From contig JAISQD010000054.1 in assembly GCA_031274415.1 (NCBI GenBank), positions 1,691-65,690 on the forward strand: 64,000 nt of DNA. The letters run 5' to 3'. The position numbers and the translations under genes were made by a program. Source of the DNA: Tannerellaceae bacterium. GTDB lineage: Bacteria > Bacteroidota > Bacteroidia > Bacteroidales > Tannerellaceae. Below, in pieces: positions 38,458 to 47,536 of this stretch (its first letter is position 1; each line of letters starts with the position of its first letter). The notes under the pieces were generated by a model. The model saw only the letters and a program-made list of their open reading frames with translations. It was not told where the DNA came from and made no database searches.

Positions 38458-39657
38458 ATGACAAAAGTATCAAGAATAGGTTTGCTCCTGACAGGTAATA
38501 TACTCTTAACGAGTCTTGCCTTTTTATGGGCGCAAAGCAGTCAAAATAATATAAAAGAGGAGTTTGCCCCCATTAGCACGGCGGTCCCATCCCTCTCCAT
38601 CGCTCCCGACGCACGGGGCGGCGCGATGGGCGATAACGGCGTTTCCACCGAATCGGATGTGGCTTCCCAATATTGGAATCCGGCAAAGTACTCATTCAAT
38701 TACAGCAAGGCGGGCATCGGGTTGTCCTACACGCCGTGGTTGCGTAAGTTGGTCAACGACGTGGCATTAGCCTATCTGTCTGGCTTTTACAAGATAGGGC
38801 AGAACGACAACCAGGCGATCGGCGCATCGTTGCGTTATTTCACGTTGGGTGAAATCCCGTTATACTATCAGAATGAAGATGTCCCGTACAACCGGCTGAA
38901 CCCTTACGAAATGGCGCTTGACGTCAGTTATAGCCGCAAGCTGTCCGAATCGTATTCCATGGCGGTTGCGCTCCGGTACATCCGTTCCGATATGAGCGAC
39001 CAGGAGGGCGATATGACGCCGGGTAACTCTTTTGCTGCGGACATAGCGGGCTATCTGGAGAAATATGTCATGCTCGGGAGCAGCGAATGCCTGTGGTCGT
39101 TCGGGTACAACGTGTCCAATATAGGTACAAAAATCACCTACGACGGCGGGCAGACCAACCAGTTTATCCCCACCACATTGAGAATCGGCACCGGGCTGCT
39201 CTATCCGGTCGACGAGTATAACCGGTTGGGTTTCTATCTGGATTTGAGCAAGTACTTAGTCCCCACCCCGCCGGTCAGCACAGGCTCTTCCGAAGAGGAG
39301 GTCGCCGAATTTAACCGGAAAAAGGATGAGTACAATTCCATGCCGTTTATGACCGGTATTTTTAAGTCTTTCAGCGATGCGCCGGGCGGATTCAGCGAAG
39401 AGTTAAAAGAGGTCATGGTCTCGCTGGGGGCGGAATATAGCTACAATAATCAGTTTTTCCTGCGCGGGGGATATTATTATGAAAACCCCAACAAGGGAAA
39501 CCGTCAGTATTTCTCTTTGGGAGCCGGTTTCCGGATGAGCGTGCTCCAGTTGGATGCCGCCTACCTGATCAGTACCGTACCCAGTAACCCGTTAGACCAG
39601 ACGCTCCGTTTCTCCCTCTCTTTCGATATGGACGGAATCAAAAATCTTTTCCAATAA
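38458..39657 (+). CDS. porV: Type IX secretion system outer-membrane protein PorV
   Basis: AVPSLSIAPDARGGAMGD, WNPAKY, SYTPWL, LRYFTLG, NPLDQTLRFSL; porU-porV-ispF gene order. Confidence 0.95.
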   Translation: MTKVSRIGLLLTGNILLTSLAFLWAQSSQNNIKEEFAPISTAVPSLSIAPDARGGAMGDNGVSTESDVASQYWNPAKYSFNYSKAGIGLSYTPWLRKLVNDVALAYLSGFYKIGQNDNQAIGASLRYFTLGEIPLYYQNEDVPYNRLNPYEMALDVSYSRKLSESYSMAVALRYIRSDMSDQEGDMTPGNSFAADIAGYLEKYVMLGSSECLWSFGYNVSNIGTKITYDGGQTNQFIPTTLRIGTGLLYPVDEYNRLGFYLDLSKYLVPTPPVSTGSSEEEVAEFNRKKDEYNSMPFMTGIFKSFSDAPGGFSEELKEVMVSLGAEYSYNNQFFLRGGYYYENPNKGNRQYFSLGAGFRMSVLQLDAAYLISTVPSNPLDQTLRFSLSFDMDGIKNLFQ

Positions 39658-39666
39658 ACAGTTCCT

Positions 39667-40152
39667 ATGAAGATTCGAACAGGCTTTGGCTATGACGTAC
39701 ATGCGCTTGTTTCCGGCCGCGATTTATGGTTGGGCGGAATAAAAATCGAACATCCTGCCGGTTTGCAGGGGCACAGCGACGCCGATGTATTGATCCATGC
39801 CATTTGCGACGCCTTGCTGGGTGCGGCCGGTCTGCGCGACATCGGATACCATTTCCCCGATACGGCAGGCGAATACAAGGATATCGACAGCAAAGAGTTG
39901 CTTCGCCGGACCATGGCGTTACTCCGCGATGCCGGTTACGAACTGGGGAATATCGACGCCACTGTGGCGGCGGAATATCCGAAGCTAAACCCCTATATCC
40001 CACAGATGAAACAGACGCTTGCCGGCGTCATGCAGGCCGCTGAAGAGGACATCTCCATTAAAGCGACGACGACCGAAAAATTAGGTTTCACCGGCCGCCA
40101 GGAAGGTATCGCTGCCTACGCCATTGTCCTGATTTTGTCCAAAAACGGGTAA
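39667..40152 (+). CDS. ispF: 2-C-methyl-D-erythritol 2,4-cyclodiphosphate synthase
   Basis: GFGYDVH, GHSDADVLIHAICDALLGA, KATTTEKLGFTGR. Confidence 0.98.
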   Translation: MKIRTGFGYDVHALVSGRDLWLGGIKIEHPAGLQGHSDADVLIHAICDALLGAAGLRDIGYHFPDTAGEYKDIDSKELLRRTMALLRDAGYELGNIDATVAAEYPKLNPYIPQMKQTLAGVMQAAEEDISIKATTTEKLGFTGRQEGIAAYAIVLILSKNG

Positions 40153-40243
40153 ATTCACATTCTTTATGATTTATATTTGTCCGCAAAGAACAAATAGTAT
40201 CGGATAATAACTATATTTGTTACTGTATTAAGCATGTAGAGGT

Positions 40244-40471
40244 ATGAAAAGGGAACTTATTCTAATACGGGTTTATCGTTTCTATCGGGACGGGTTTCGC
40301 GAGATGAAGCTGGGGAAAACGCTTTGGGCTATTATTCTGATCAAACTGTTCATCATGTTTTTTATTTTGAAACTGTTCTTTTTCCCCAGTTTTCTGGGGC
40401 AATTTGGCAGTACGTCGGAAAAGCAGGAATATGTTTCCGGCGAGTTGATTGACCGTGCAATTATTCCTTAA
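40244..40471 (+). CDS. DUF4492-family small membrane protein upstream of cydAB
   Basis: FYRDGFREMKLGKTLWAIILIKLFIMFFILKLFFFP. Confidence 0.85.
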   Translation: MKRELILIRVYRFYRDGFREMKLGKTLWAIILIKLFIMFFILKLFFFPSFLGQFGSTSEKQEYVSGELIDRAIIP

Positions 40472-40482
40472 ATTATATCATT

Positions 40483-42039
40483 ATGGTTGAAAGTATTGAC
40501 ACTTCTTTGATTGACTGGTCGAGAGCACAATTTGCTCTTACTGCGATTTATCACTGGCTCTTCGTCCCTCTCACATTAGGGCTTGGCATTATTCAAGCTA
40601 TTATGGAGACCATTTACTACAAGACGGGAAAAGAGTTCTGGAAAACGACCGCCCAGTTCTGGATGAAAATCTTTGGTATCAATTTTGCGATTGGCGTGGC
40701 TACCGGATTGATCCTTGAGTTTGAGTTTGGCACCAACTGGTCGAATTACAGTTGGTTTGTGGGAGACATTTTCGGTGCGCCATTGGCGATTGAAGGTGTT
40801 CTGGCGTTCTTTATGGAGGCGACGTTTATTGCTGTTATGTTCTTTGGATGGAACAAGGTCAGCAAAGGATTTCACCTCGCTTCGACATGGCTTACGATTC
40901 TCGGTGCGACCATTTCCGCCCTCTGGATCCTGATTGCTAACGCATGGATGCAGTATCCTGCCGGTATGCAGTTCAATCCGGATACGGTACGTAACGAAAT
41001 GTTTGATTTCTGGGCTGTCGCCCTTTCCCCTGTGGCGATTAACAAGTTCTTCCATACGGTGCTTTCCGGATGGATTGTAGGTAGTATGTTCGTCATAGGG
41101 GTAAGTAGTTGGTACCTGTTGAAAAAGAGGGAAACCAAGCTGGCCCTGTCGAGTATCAAGGTAGCGGCGGCTTTTGGGTTGGTTGCTTCGTTGCTGACTT
41201 TATGGACGGGCGATGGATCCGGCTATCAGGTTGCTCAGAAGCAGCCGATGAAACTGGCCGCGATGGAAGGCCTTTATGAGGGAGGAAACGGCGTAGGCTT
41301 GGTTGGCGTAGGCGTGTTGAATCCGCAAAAAAAGAGTTATAACGACAACGTTGACCCGTTCCTTTTCAAAATCGAGATGCCCAAAATGCTCTCTTTCCTT
41401 GCCGAACGTGATCTGAACGCCTATGTACCAGGTATTACGAACCTGATTGAAGGGGGGTATCAGACGGCGGACGGCACAATCGCCCTTTCGGCAACAGAGA
41501 AGATCGCAAAAGGGCAACAGGCTATCCAGGCGCTTGCCGGCTACCGGAAAGCCAAAAAAGCGGGAGACGAAGCGGGTGCAAAAGCCTATCGCGCAACACT
41601 GGATGAGAATTTCGCCTATTTCGGATACGGCTATATTAAGGATCCTGCCGATTTGATTCCACCTGTTGGGCTGACCTATTATTCTTTCCGCGTGATGGTG
41701 ATATTGGGAGGATTCTTTATTTTGCTCTTTATTATTATCTCCCTGCAGTCTTATAAAGATAAGTTTGAGGATAAACGCTGGTTGCAATGGGTCTGTCTGT
41801 GGTCTATTCCATTGGCTTATATTGCGGGGCAAGCCGGGTGGATTGTGGCTGAAGTAGGCCGTCAGCCCTGGGCTATCCAGGATATTCTTCCGACCTCCGC
41901 CGCTATTTCGAAGTTGGATACTTCCTCCGTACAAGTGACGTTCTTTTTATTCCTCGCTCTGTTTACAATCCTGCTTATTGCAGAAATTGGAATTATGGTA
42001 AAAACCATCAAGAAGGGAGCTAACGTATCTGAACAATAA
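40483..42039 (+). CDS. cydA: Cytochrome bd ubiquinol oxidase subunit I
   Basis: SRAQFALTAIYHWLFVP, EFEFGTNW, QPMKLAAMEG, GWIVAEVGRQPW. Confidence 0.98.
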   Translation: MVESIDTSLIDWSRAQFALTAIYHWLFVPLTLGLGIIQAIMETIYYKTGKEFWKTTAQFWMKIFGINFAIGVATGLILEFEFGTNWSNYSWFVGDIFGAPLAIEGVLAFFMEATFIAVMFFGWNKVSKGFHLASTWLTILGATISALWILIANAWMQYPAGMQFNPDTVRNEMFDFWAVALSPVAINKFFHTVLSGWIVGSMFVIGVSSWYLLKKRETKLALSSIKVAAAFGLVASLLTLWTGDGSGYQVAQKQPMKLAAMEGLYEGGNGVGLVGVGVLNPQKKSYNDNVDPFLFKIEMPKMLSFLAERDLNAYVPGITNLIEGGYQTADGTIALSATEKIAKGQQAIQALAGYRKAKKAGDEAGAKAYRATLDENFAYFGYGYIKDPADLIPPVGLTYYSFRVMVILGGFFILLFIIISLQSYKDKFEDKRWLQWVCLWSIPLAYIAGQAGWIVAEVGRQPWAIQDILPTSAAISKLDTSSVQVTFFLFLALFTILLIAEIGIMVKTIKKGANVSEQ

Positions 42040-42051
42040 CATTTAAAACAT

Positions 42052-43209
42052 ATGATCATGGACAGTACATATATACTATTGCAACAATATTGGTGGTTGA
42101 TTGTCTCGTTGCTTGGCGCTCTTTTGGTTTTCCTGCTGTTTGTACAGGGAGGACAATCTTTACTCTTTACGATCGGAAAAACAGAGCTGCAGCAGAAAAT
42201 GCTGATCAACTCTACCGGCCGCAAGTGGGAATTTACCTTTACCACGCTGGTTACTTTTGGCGGTGCATTTTTTGCCTCCTTTCCCTTGTTCTATTCGACC
42301 AGTTTTGGCGGAGCGTACTGGGTATGGATATTGATTTTGCTTTGCTTTGTCCTTCAGGCGGTATCCTATGAGTATCAGGCGAAAAAGAATAACCTGTTGG
42401 GGAAGAAAACCTATCAGGTATTCCTTATTCTCAATGGCGTATTAGGCCCTATTCTTTTAGGTACGGCAGTTGGTACGTTCTTTAATGGTGCGGAATTTTA
42501 TGTAAATAAAGAACAACTGACAGAAGTCGCCATGCCGGTTATTTCCTCATGGGCGACGCCGTGGCACGGATTAGAAGCCGCTTTTGTGGTCTGGAACGTT
42601 TGCCTTGGCGCAGCCGTATTCTTTTTAGCCCGTGTTCTGGCATTGCTTTATTTTATCAATAATATCAATGACGAAGAGATTCAGAAAAGGTCTCATAAGC
42701 AATTGCTTCTTGAAACAATCCTTTTCTTGATCTTCTTCCTTACCTTTCTGGTTCACCTGCTCGTTCAGGATGGCTTTGCCGTAAATGCCGGGACAAACGA
42801 GGTGTTCATGCAGCCCTATAAATACCTGATCAACCTGATAGAGATGCCGGTTGTACTGGCAGTCCTGCTGATAGGCGTTGTTGGCGTACTATTCGGTATT
42901 GGCAAGACGCTTTTTTCCGCTACATGGAAGAAGGGTATTTGGTTCGCAGGGACAGGGACGGTACTTACTGTCTTGGCTCTGTTGCTTTGCGCAGGGTGGA
43001 ACAATACGGCTTACTATCCTTCGATCGTTGATTTGCAAAGTTCACTGACGATACAAAACAGTTCGTCCAGTCCGTTTACATTAAAGGTAATGAGTTATGT
43101 CTCTATTTTAGTGCCATTTGTATTGGCGTATATTTTCTATACGTGGAGAGCGTTGGATTTGCGCAAAATAGATAGCAAAGAGATGGCTGAAGAAGAGCAT
43201 ACCTATTAA
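42052..43209 (+). CDS. cydB: Cytochrome bd ubiquinol oxidase subunit II
   Basis: GRKWEFTFTTLVTFGGAFFASFPLFY, multiple TM segments, SLTIQNSSSSPFTL; follows cydA. Confidence 0.96.
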   Translation: MIMDSTYILLQQYWWLIVSLLGALLVFLLFVQGGQSLLFTIGKTELQQKMLINSTGRKWEFTFTTLVTFGGAFFASFPLFYSTSFGGAYWVWILILLCFVLQAVSYEYQAKKNNLLGKKTYQVFLILNGVLGPILLGTAVGTFFNGAEFYVNKEQLTEVAMPVISSWATPWHGLEAAFVVWNVCLGAAVFFLARVLALLYFINNINDEEIQKRSHKQLLLETILFLIFFLTFLVHLLVQDGFAVNAGTNEVFMQPYKYLINLIEMPVVLAVLLIGVVGVLFGIGKTLFSATWKKGIWFAGTGTVLTVLALLLCAGWNNTAYYPSIVDLQSSLTIQNSSSSPFTLKVMSYVSILVPFVLAYIFYTWRALDLRKIDSKEMAEEEHTY

Positions 43210-43238
43210 TATTTCTGTTTTTTGCCTGATCAAAAATA

Positions 43239-43283
43239 ACGGAAAGGGGTTGTTGTTCCGCTGTGTAGACAACGCCCTTTTCC
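43239..43283 (+). terminator. Stem-loop after cydB
   Basis: CGGAAAGGGGTTGT ... ACAACGCCCTTTTCCG. Confidence 0.55.
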
Positions 43284-43339
43284 GCTGTTAATCATAAGAT
43301 AAACCTTCTATTTTTTTCTTCCTTTATTGTAAGTGATAT

Positions 43340-43472
43340 AAAAAAAAGAAAACGGCGGAACTCACGCTTGGCCGTTTCTACATTTAACCGTTTTAAACAA
43401 AAAGAAAAAGTTAGTTAAGGTTAGAACAAAATATAATAAGCCCTGATAAAAGGCTTAATGTACAATTTAAAC
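43340..43472 (-). ncRNA. Candidate ~130-nt small RNA divergent from rnz
   Basis: Minus-strand TATCTTTG -7 box (43485-43478), no ORF in the track, and a GAAACGGC...GCCGTTTTC hairpin followed by a U8 tract. Confidence 0.5.
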
Positions 43473-43595
43473 AGCAACAAAGATAGGGTTTACAATGTTT
43501 TTTTCCAACACAAATTCGTTTTTTTTTCACCACAATGTAGCAAAATGAAACTTTTTATGATACATTTGTGATTTTAATATTAAAAATTGCGCATT

Positions 43596-44510
43596 ATGGC
43601 AAACTTTGATGTCCATATACTCGGATGCGGTTCTGCGCTACCTACCACCCGGCATATGGCGTCTTCCCAGATTATCAACCTGCGGGATAAATTGTATATG
43701 ATTGATTGTGGAGAGGGTACGCAGGTGCAGATGCGGCGTATGCGTATCAAGTTCAACCGGCTGAACCATATCTTTATTTCTCATCTCCATGGCGATCATT
43801 GTTTCGGTTTGCCGGGGCTTATTTCGACGTTTGGTATGCTTGACCGGACGGCAGATCTGTATATTCACGCTCCGAAAGATATTGAGCGCTATTTGCATCC
43901 CATTCTGCATCTTTTTGGCAAAGGGTTACCCTTTGAGGTGAAATACAACCATGTAGATACCGGAAAACATGCGCTCATCATGGAAGACCGCTCCTTGCGG
44001 GTCTATTCCATCCCGCTGAACCACCGCATTCCGGCATGTGGTTTTCTTTTTGAAGAGAAGCCTAAAGAGGCGCATATCATCAGGGAGATGGCCGACTTCT
44101 ACCGGATTCCCATAAAATCGCTTTGTGGTATTAAGCAGGGAGAGGATTTTGTTACACCGGAAGGAGAAGTCGTTCCCAACGCGCGGCTGACACGCCCGGC
44201 CGATCCGCCGAAGCGGTATGCCTATTGTTCCGATACGGCTTTCTCCCCGGAGATCATTCCGATTGTCGAAGAGGTGGATTTGCTCTATCACGAAGCGACC
44301 TTTGCCACGCCGGATATTGCCCGCGCCCGCCAAACTTTCCATTCGACCGCTGCCGAGGCGGCGGAAGTGGCCTGCCGGGCAAAAGTGAAGCGATTGGTGA
44401 TCGGACATTTTTCTGCCCGTTACGACGATGAGAGCCTCCTAAAAGAGGAGGCCGACAACATCTATCCGGGTACCATCCTGGCGAACGAGGGCATGGTCTT
44501 ATCCCTCTGA
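43596..44510 (+). CDS. rnz: Ribonuclease Z
   Basis: ILGCGSALP, DCGEGTQ, SHLHGDH, YCSDT, HEATF, HST, GHFSARY. Confidence 0.96.
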   Translation: MANFDVHILGCGSALPTTRHMASSQIINLRDKLYMIDCGEGTQVQMRRMRIKFNRLNHIFISHLHGDHCFGLPGLISTFGMLDRTADLYIHAPKDIERYLHPILHLFGKGLPFEVKYNHVDTGKHALIMEDRSLRVYSIPLNHRIPACGFLFEEKPKEAHIIREMADFYRIPIKSLCGIKQGEDFVTPEGEVVPNARLTRPADPPKRYAYCSDTAFSPEIIPIVEEVDLLYHEATFATPDIARARQTFHSTAAEAAEVACRAKVKRLVIGHFSARYDDESLLKEEADNIYPGTILANEGMVLSL

Positions 44511-44522
44511 AGACGGGAGGAA

Positions 44523-45323
44523 TCACTCTACTTTTTTGATAGAGCCTGATCCGGCGACCCGTTGATTGATCTTCGAGGGATTTCCTTTGTATTTGACATG
44601 CCCGCTTCCGGCCACCTCCAGGTCGATCTTTCCGCTTACGTGGATCTCGATGTCGCCGCTTCCGGCAATCTGGCATTTTGCCTCTTCCACCAGCAGGTCA
44701 AAGGCGCGAACCGTACCGCTTCCGGCAATGTCAAAGGATGATTTCTGCGCGACCCCTCCCAAATTAATTTTGCCTGATCCGGCGATACGGGCGGAGAAAG
44801 TGTCTCCATAAAAGGCAGGGGCATTCAGTGTCCCGCTTCCGGCCAAAGAGAGGGAAAGCTTTTCAAGCCTGATGGTGTCGTTCAGGTTGATCTCCCCGCT
44901 ACCGCTCACATCAATCTCCAACTTTTCAGTGACTAAGGGGGAGTTGACCAGGAAATTCACGTTACCGGCAACCCCCAGTTTCTGCAATCCATTGGAATTT
45001 GTTCTGACAGTGAACTCCGTAGGACGGAACTGCGCCTGTTGGTACTCCTTTTCCGGCCTGATCCGCAGCCGGTTATTTTTCGTTTCAAAACGGAACTTGT
45101 CCAGAATATTCCGGTCGACAGTGACTGTTAATCCGGCCGCCTCTTCCGATTGGACATAATAGACTTTCATTGTCCCTCCTGCAAGTTCAATGGCGTCATA
45201 ACCGGTGATATCTATCTCCCGAGTAACTAAGTTCCCGTCTCCTCTGATGGTTTGAAAGGAGGAACAACTGCTTAGGCCAATCAATAGTCCCAGCGCCAAC
45301 AATACGGATAATGCTTTTTTCAT
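44523..45323 (-). CDS. DUF2807 (head GIN domain) lipoprotein
   Basis: Lipobox LSS-C; repeated xAGSGxx beta-helix units; YKGNP. Confidence 0.88.
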   Translation of the reverse strand: MKKALSVLLALGLLIGLSSCSSFQTIRGDGNLVTREIDITGYDAIELAGGTMKVYYVQSEEAAGLTVTVDRNILDKFRFETKNNRLRIRPEKEYQQAQFRPTEFTVRTNSNGLQKLGVAGNVNFLVNSPLVTEKLEIDVSGSGEINLNDTIRLEKLSLSLAGSGTLNAPAFYGDTFSARIAGSGKINLGGVAQKSSFDIAGSGTVRAFDLLVEEAKCQIAGSGDIEIHVSGKIDLEVAGSGHVKYKGNPSKINQRVAGSGSIKKVE

Positions 45324-45350
45324 AAAATGGATGTATTTAATGGATATGTT

Positions 45351-46145
45351 TTATTTGACCTCTTCAATTGTCCCTTTTCCCAGCTTCTTGGACTGGACGG
45401 CCGTCGGGCCTTTGTAGCGGATATTCCCGCTTCCGAGTAGCGTTGCTTTCAGGTTGTCGGTGGCATGTACTTCGGCTGTCCCGCTTCCGGCCACTTTGCA
45501 GGTCAGATCAGGCGACTCAACGCCGAAAGCGTGAATATCGCCGCTGTTGGTAATGCTGTATGAGCCTTGTGCCGCCTTCCCTGCGTGCAGGGTAATGGAA
45601 CCCGAGCCGTTAATACTGCATTCTAATTTATCGACCTCCAGACGATCTACAACCATATTGGCGCTTCCTGAAACATCCAGGTCGAGCTTTCCCAAAACGA
45701 CGGGTTCTTTCAGCTGGATCAGGCTATTATCTTTTCCCTTGATCACCAGTTCATCCCCCGTAAGGGAGGAGTTGACCATAAAGTTTGCGTTACCGGCGAT
45801 GCGTGCTTCCTTCAGCCATTTGGAGTTGGTCTTAACAATAAATTTCGTGAAGTGATCGACCTTAATGCCTTTAAATCCGATAGATAAAACGCGGTCTTTC
45901 ACTTCGACGCTGACATAGGGTTGCAGGTTCTCATCTACCGTCACTTCCAGGAAAGGCTCTTTTTCGGATTGTTCGTAGTGGATGTCGAATACGCCATCCA
46001 CTTTGATGGCATTGTAATCGGAAACCTCCTTTTCCTTAGTGACTAACACGCCGTTTCCTTTTATCCTGTCGGCTGCTTGTACAGATAATACGCACCCTAA
46101 AGCAAGCGTAATAAACAAAAAATTATTCCATTTCATTTTATGCAT
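45351..46145 (-). CDS. DUF2807 (head GIN domain) protein, tandem paralog
   Basis: IKGNG N-terminal motif, GSG repeats, IRYKG. Confidence 0.88.
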   Translation of the reverse strand: MHKMKWNNFLFITLALGCVLSVQAADRIKGNGVLVTKEKEVSDYNAIKVDGVFDIHYEQSEKEPFLEVTVDENLQPYVSVEVKDRVLSIGFKGIKVDHFTKFIVKTNSKWLKEARIAGNANFMVNSSLTGDELVIKGKDNSLIQLKEPVVLGKLDLDVSGSANMVVDRLEVDKLECSINGSGSITLHAGKAAQGSYSITNSGDIHAFGVESPDLTCKVAGSGTAEVHATDNLKATLLGSGNIRYKGPTAVQSKKLGKGTIEEVK

Positions 46146-46164
46146 GATTTTACGTTAATAATAA

Positions 46165-46191
46165 GACGATAAATATCGGTAATCCGTTACA
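46165..46191 (-). promoter_or_regulatory. Putative ECF-sigma promoter for the DUF2807 pair
   Basis: The minus strand reads TGTAAC-N17-CGTC upstream of the first ATG. Confidence 0.5.
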
Positions 46192-46291
46192 AAAATAAGC
46201 CGAAAATACGGTATTTCGTCACAAAATAACCCGAAAAGACTATCCGTCACTGTGAACGCCTATTCTGAAAATGCTGATGCTGATATTGTTT

Positions 46292-47536
46292 TTAGCTGAC
46301 GATGATATAGGCGGTGTAATGTGTCTGGCGTGTGACGGGGCAGAGGGGGAGGTAGCCACTCCGCAGTTTTCCATCTTCAAATATTAAGGGTTCCTCTTTT
46401 TTCATAGCGACATGTTCCTGGTAAACGGCGGTGCTGTTGGCGTTATATAACACATCGAGAGTGGCGGTAGCGTCAGGGTGGATGTAGTTTTGATAAAGAC
46501 GGATGGCGAGCAGACCCATCGTACGGCGCATATTGATCTCCACGCAGGGATGGATGGCCTTGGAGTTATTTTCTCCTTTATAGATCATCATATCTACGCC
46601 CAGATAGCCGGTGTAGTGGTGGGCGTAGGTTGCCTTGAGGGTCTTGGTTACAGCCTCCTGTGTGCACTGTAAATGTTTTTCTTTCACCCAACAGAGAATA
46701 CATCTGCGAATGTCCTCCTCTCCTCCCAGTATATTGCCTGTATAGGCGCCCTTTTTCGTGTGGAAGTGGGAAAGCCCTTCGTACTTCACGTTGCCTTTCC
46801 CATCGGAATAAAACTCCATCGCAAAATCCATAATTTTCTCTCCCCTGACTGCCTCTTCGATACTCAGTTCGTGTTGTTTACCAAGGCTGCCCTTTATCCA
46901 GTTCTTTTGTGTTAGGTTCAGCGTATCCCCCTTGATCCACCGCAAGCCTCTGCCGGAAGAGGAGTAGGGGGTCTTCACGATAAAAGGGGGGGTATGCCGT
47001 TCCATGAAAAAGGGCATCTCCTCCATATCGGAGAAAAAGACAGGGGGCTGTGGCAGTTGCATTTTCGGGAGGCGTTCGCCTATTTCTTTTAGGCATGCAG
47101 CGGCTGTCCGTCGGCTGGACAGGGCGGCGTAATCTTCTTTCCATTCGGGGACGGTGAGGTTTAACCCGTAGCCTTTCAGTTCGTTGAAGAAAGCGACGCT
47201 CTGGGGTGAGAGTCCCCACGGGGCGGCGTGCATAAGGGGAAAGGTGTCTGCTTTTTTCCGTAGATCCTCCCGCGATACAGGGATACCCAATGGCCTTATC
47301 TCTTTTGGTAACCGCGAGATGAAGCGGGGAGAGGTCATCTCCTCTACAAAAACATAATTCCCCTTTTCGGCATACCAAAGGGGGAGAAGAGCCAAGTCCT
47401 GCCTCATCTTTCGGATATTCGCCTTCACTGTGTTTTGTTTAGATCCCTGTAAAATTCCTATTTCATAGCCGGGATTGTAAACGTGAAGCTCAGACCTTCT
47501 GCCGGCTTCACTCAAGAGTTTCATCAATAGTGTCAA
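46292..47536 (-). CDS. Conserved hypothetical protein with an ATP-grasp-like fold (start uncertain)
   Basis: IVKTPYSSSGRG, DFAMEF, GYLGVDMM, CVEINMR resemble ATP-grasp motifs. Confidence 0.7.
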   Translation of the reverse strand: MTLLMKLLSEAGRRSELHVYNPGYEIGILQGSKQNTVKANIRKMRQDLALLPLWYAEKGNYVFVEEMTSPRFISRLPKEIRPLGIPVSREDLRKKADTFPLMHAAPWGLSPQSVAFFNELKGYGLNLTVPEWKEDYAALSSRRTAAACLKEIGERLPKMQLPQPPVFFSDMEEMPFFMERHTPPFIVKTPYSSSGRGLRWIKGDTLNLTQKNWIKGSLGKQHELSIEEAVRGEKIMDFAMEFYSDGKGNVKYEGLSHFHTKKGAYTGNILGGEEDIRRCILCWVKEKHLQCTQEAVTKTLKATYAHHYTGYLGVDMMIYKGENNSKAIHPCVEINMRRTMGLLAIRLYQNYIHPDATATLDVLYNANSTAVYQEHVAMKKEEPLIFEDGKLRSGYLPLCPVTRQTHYTAYIIVS

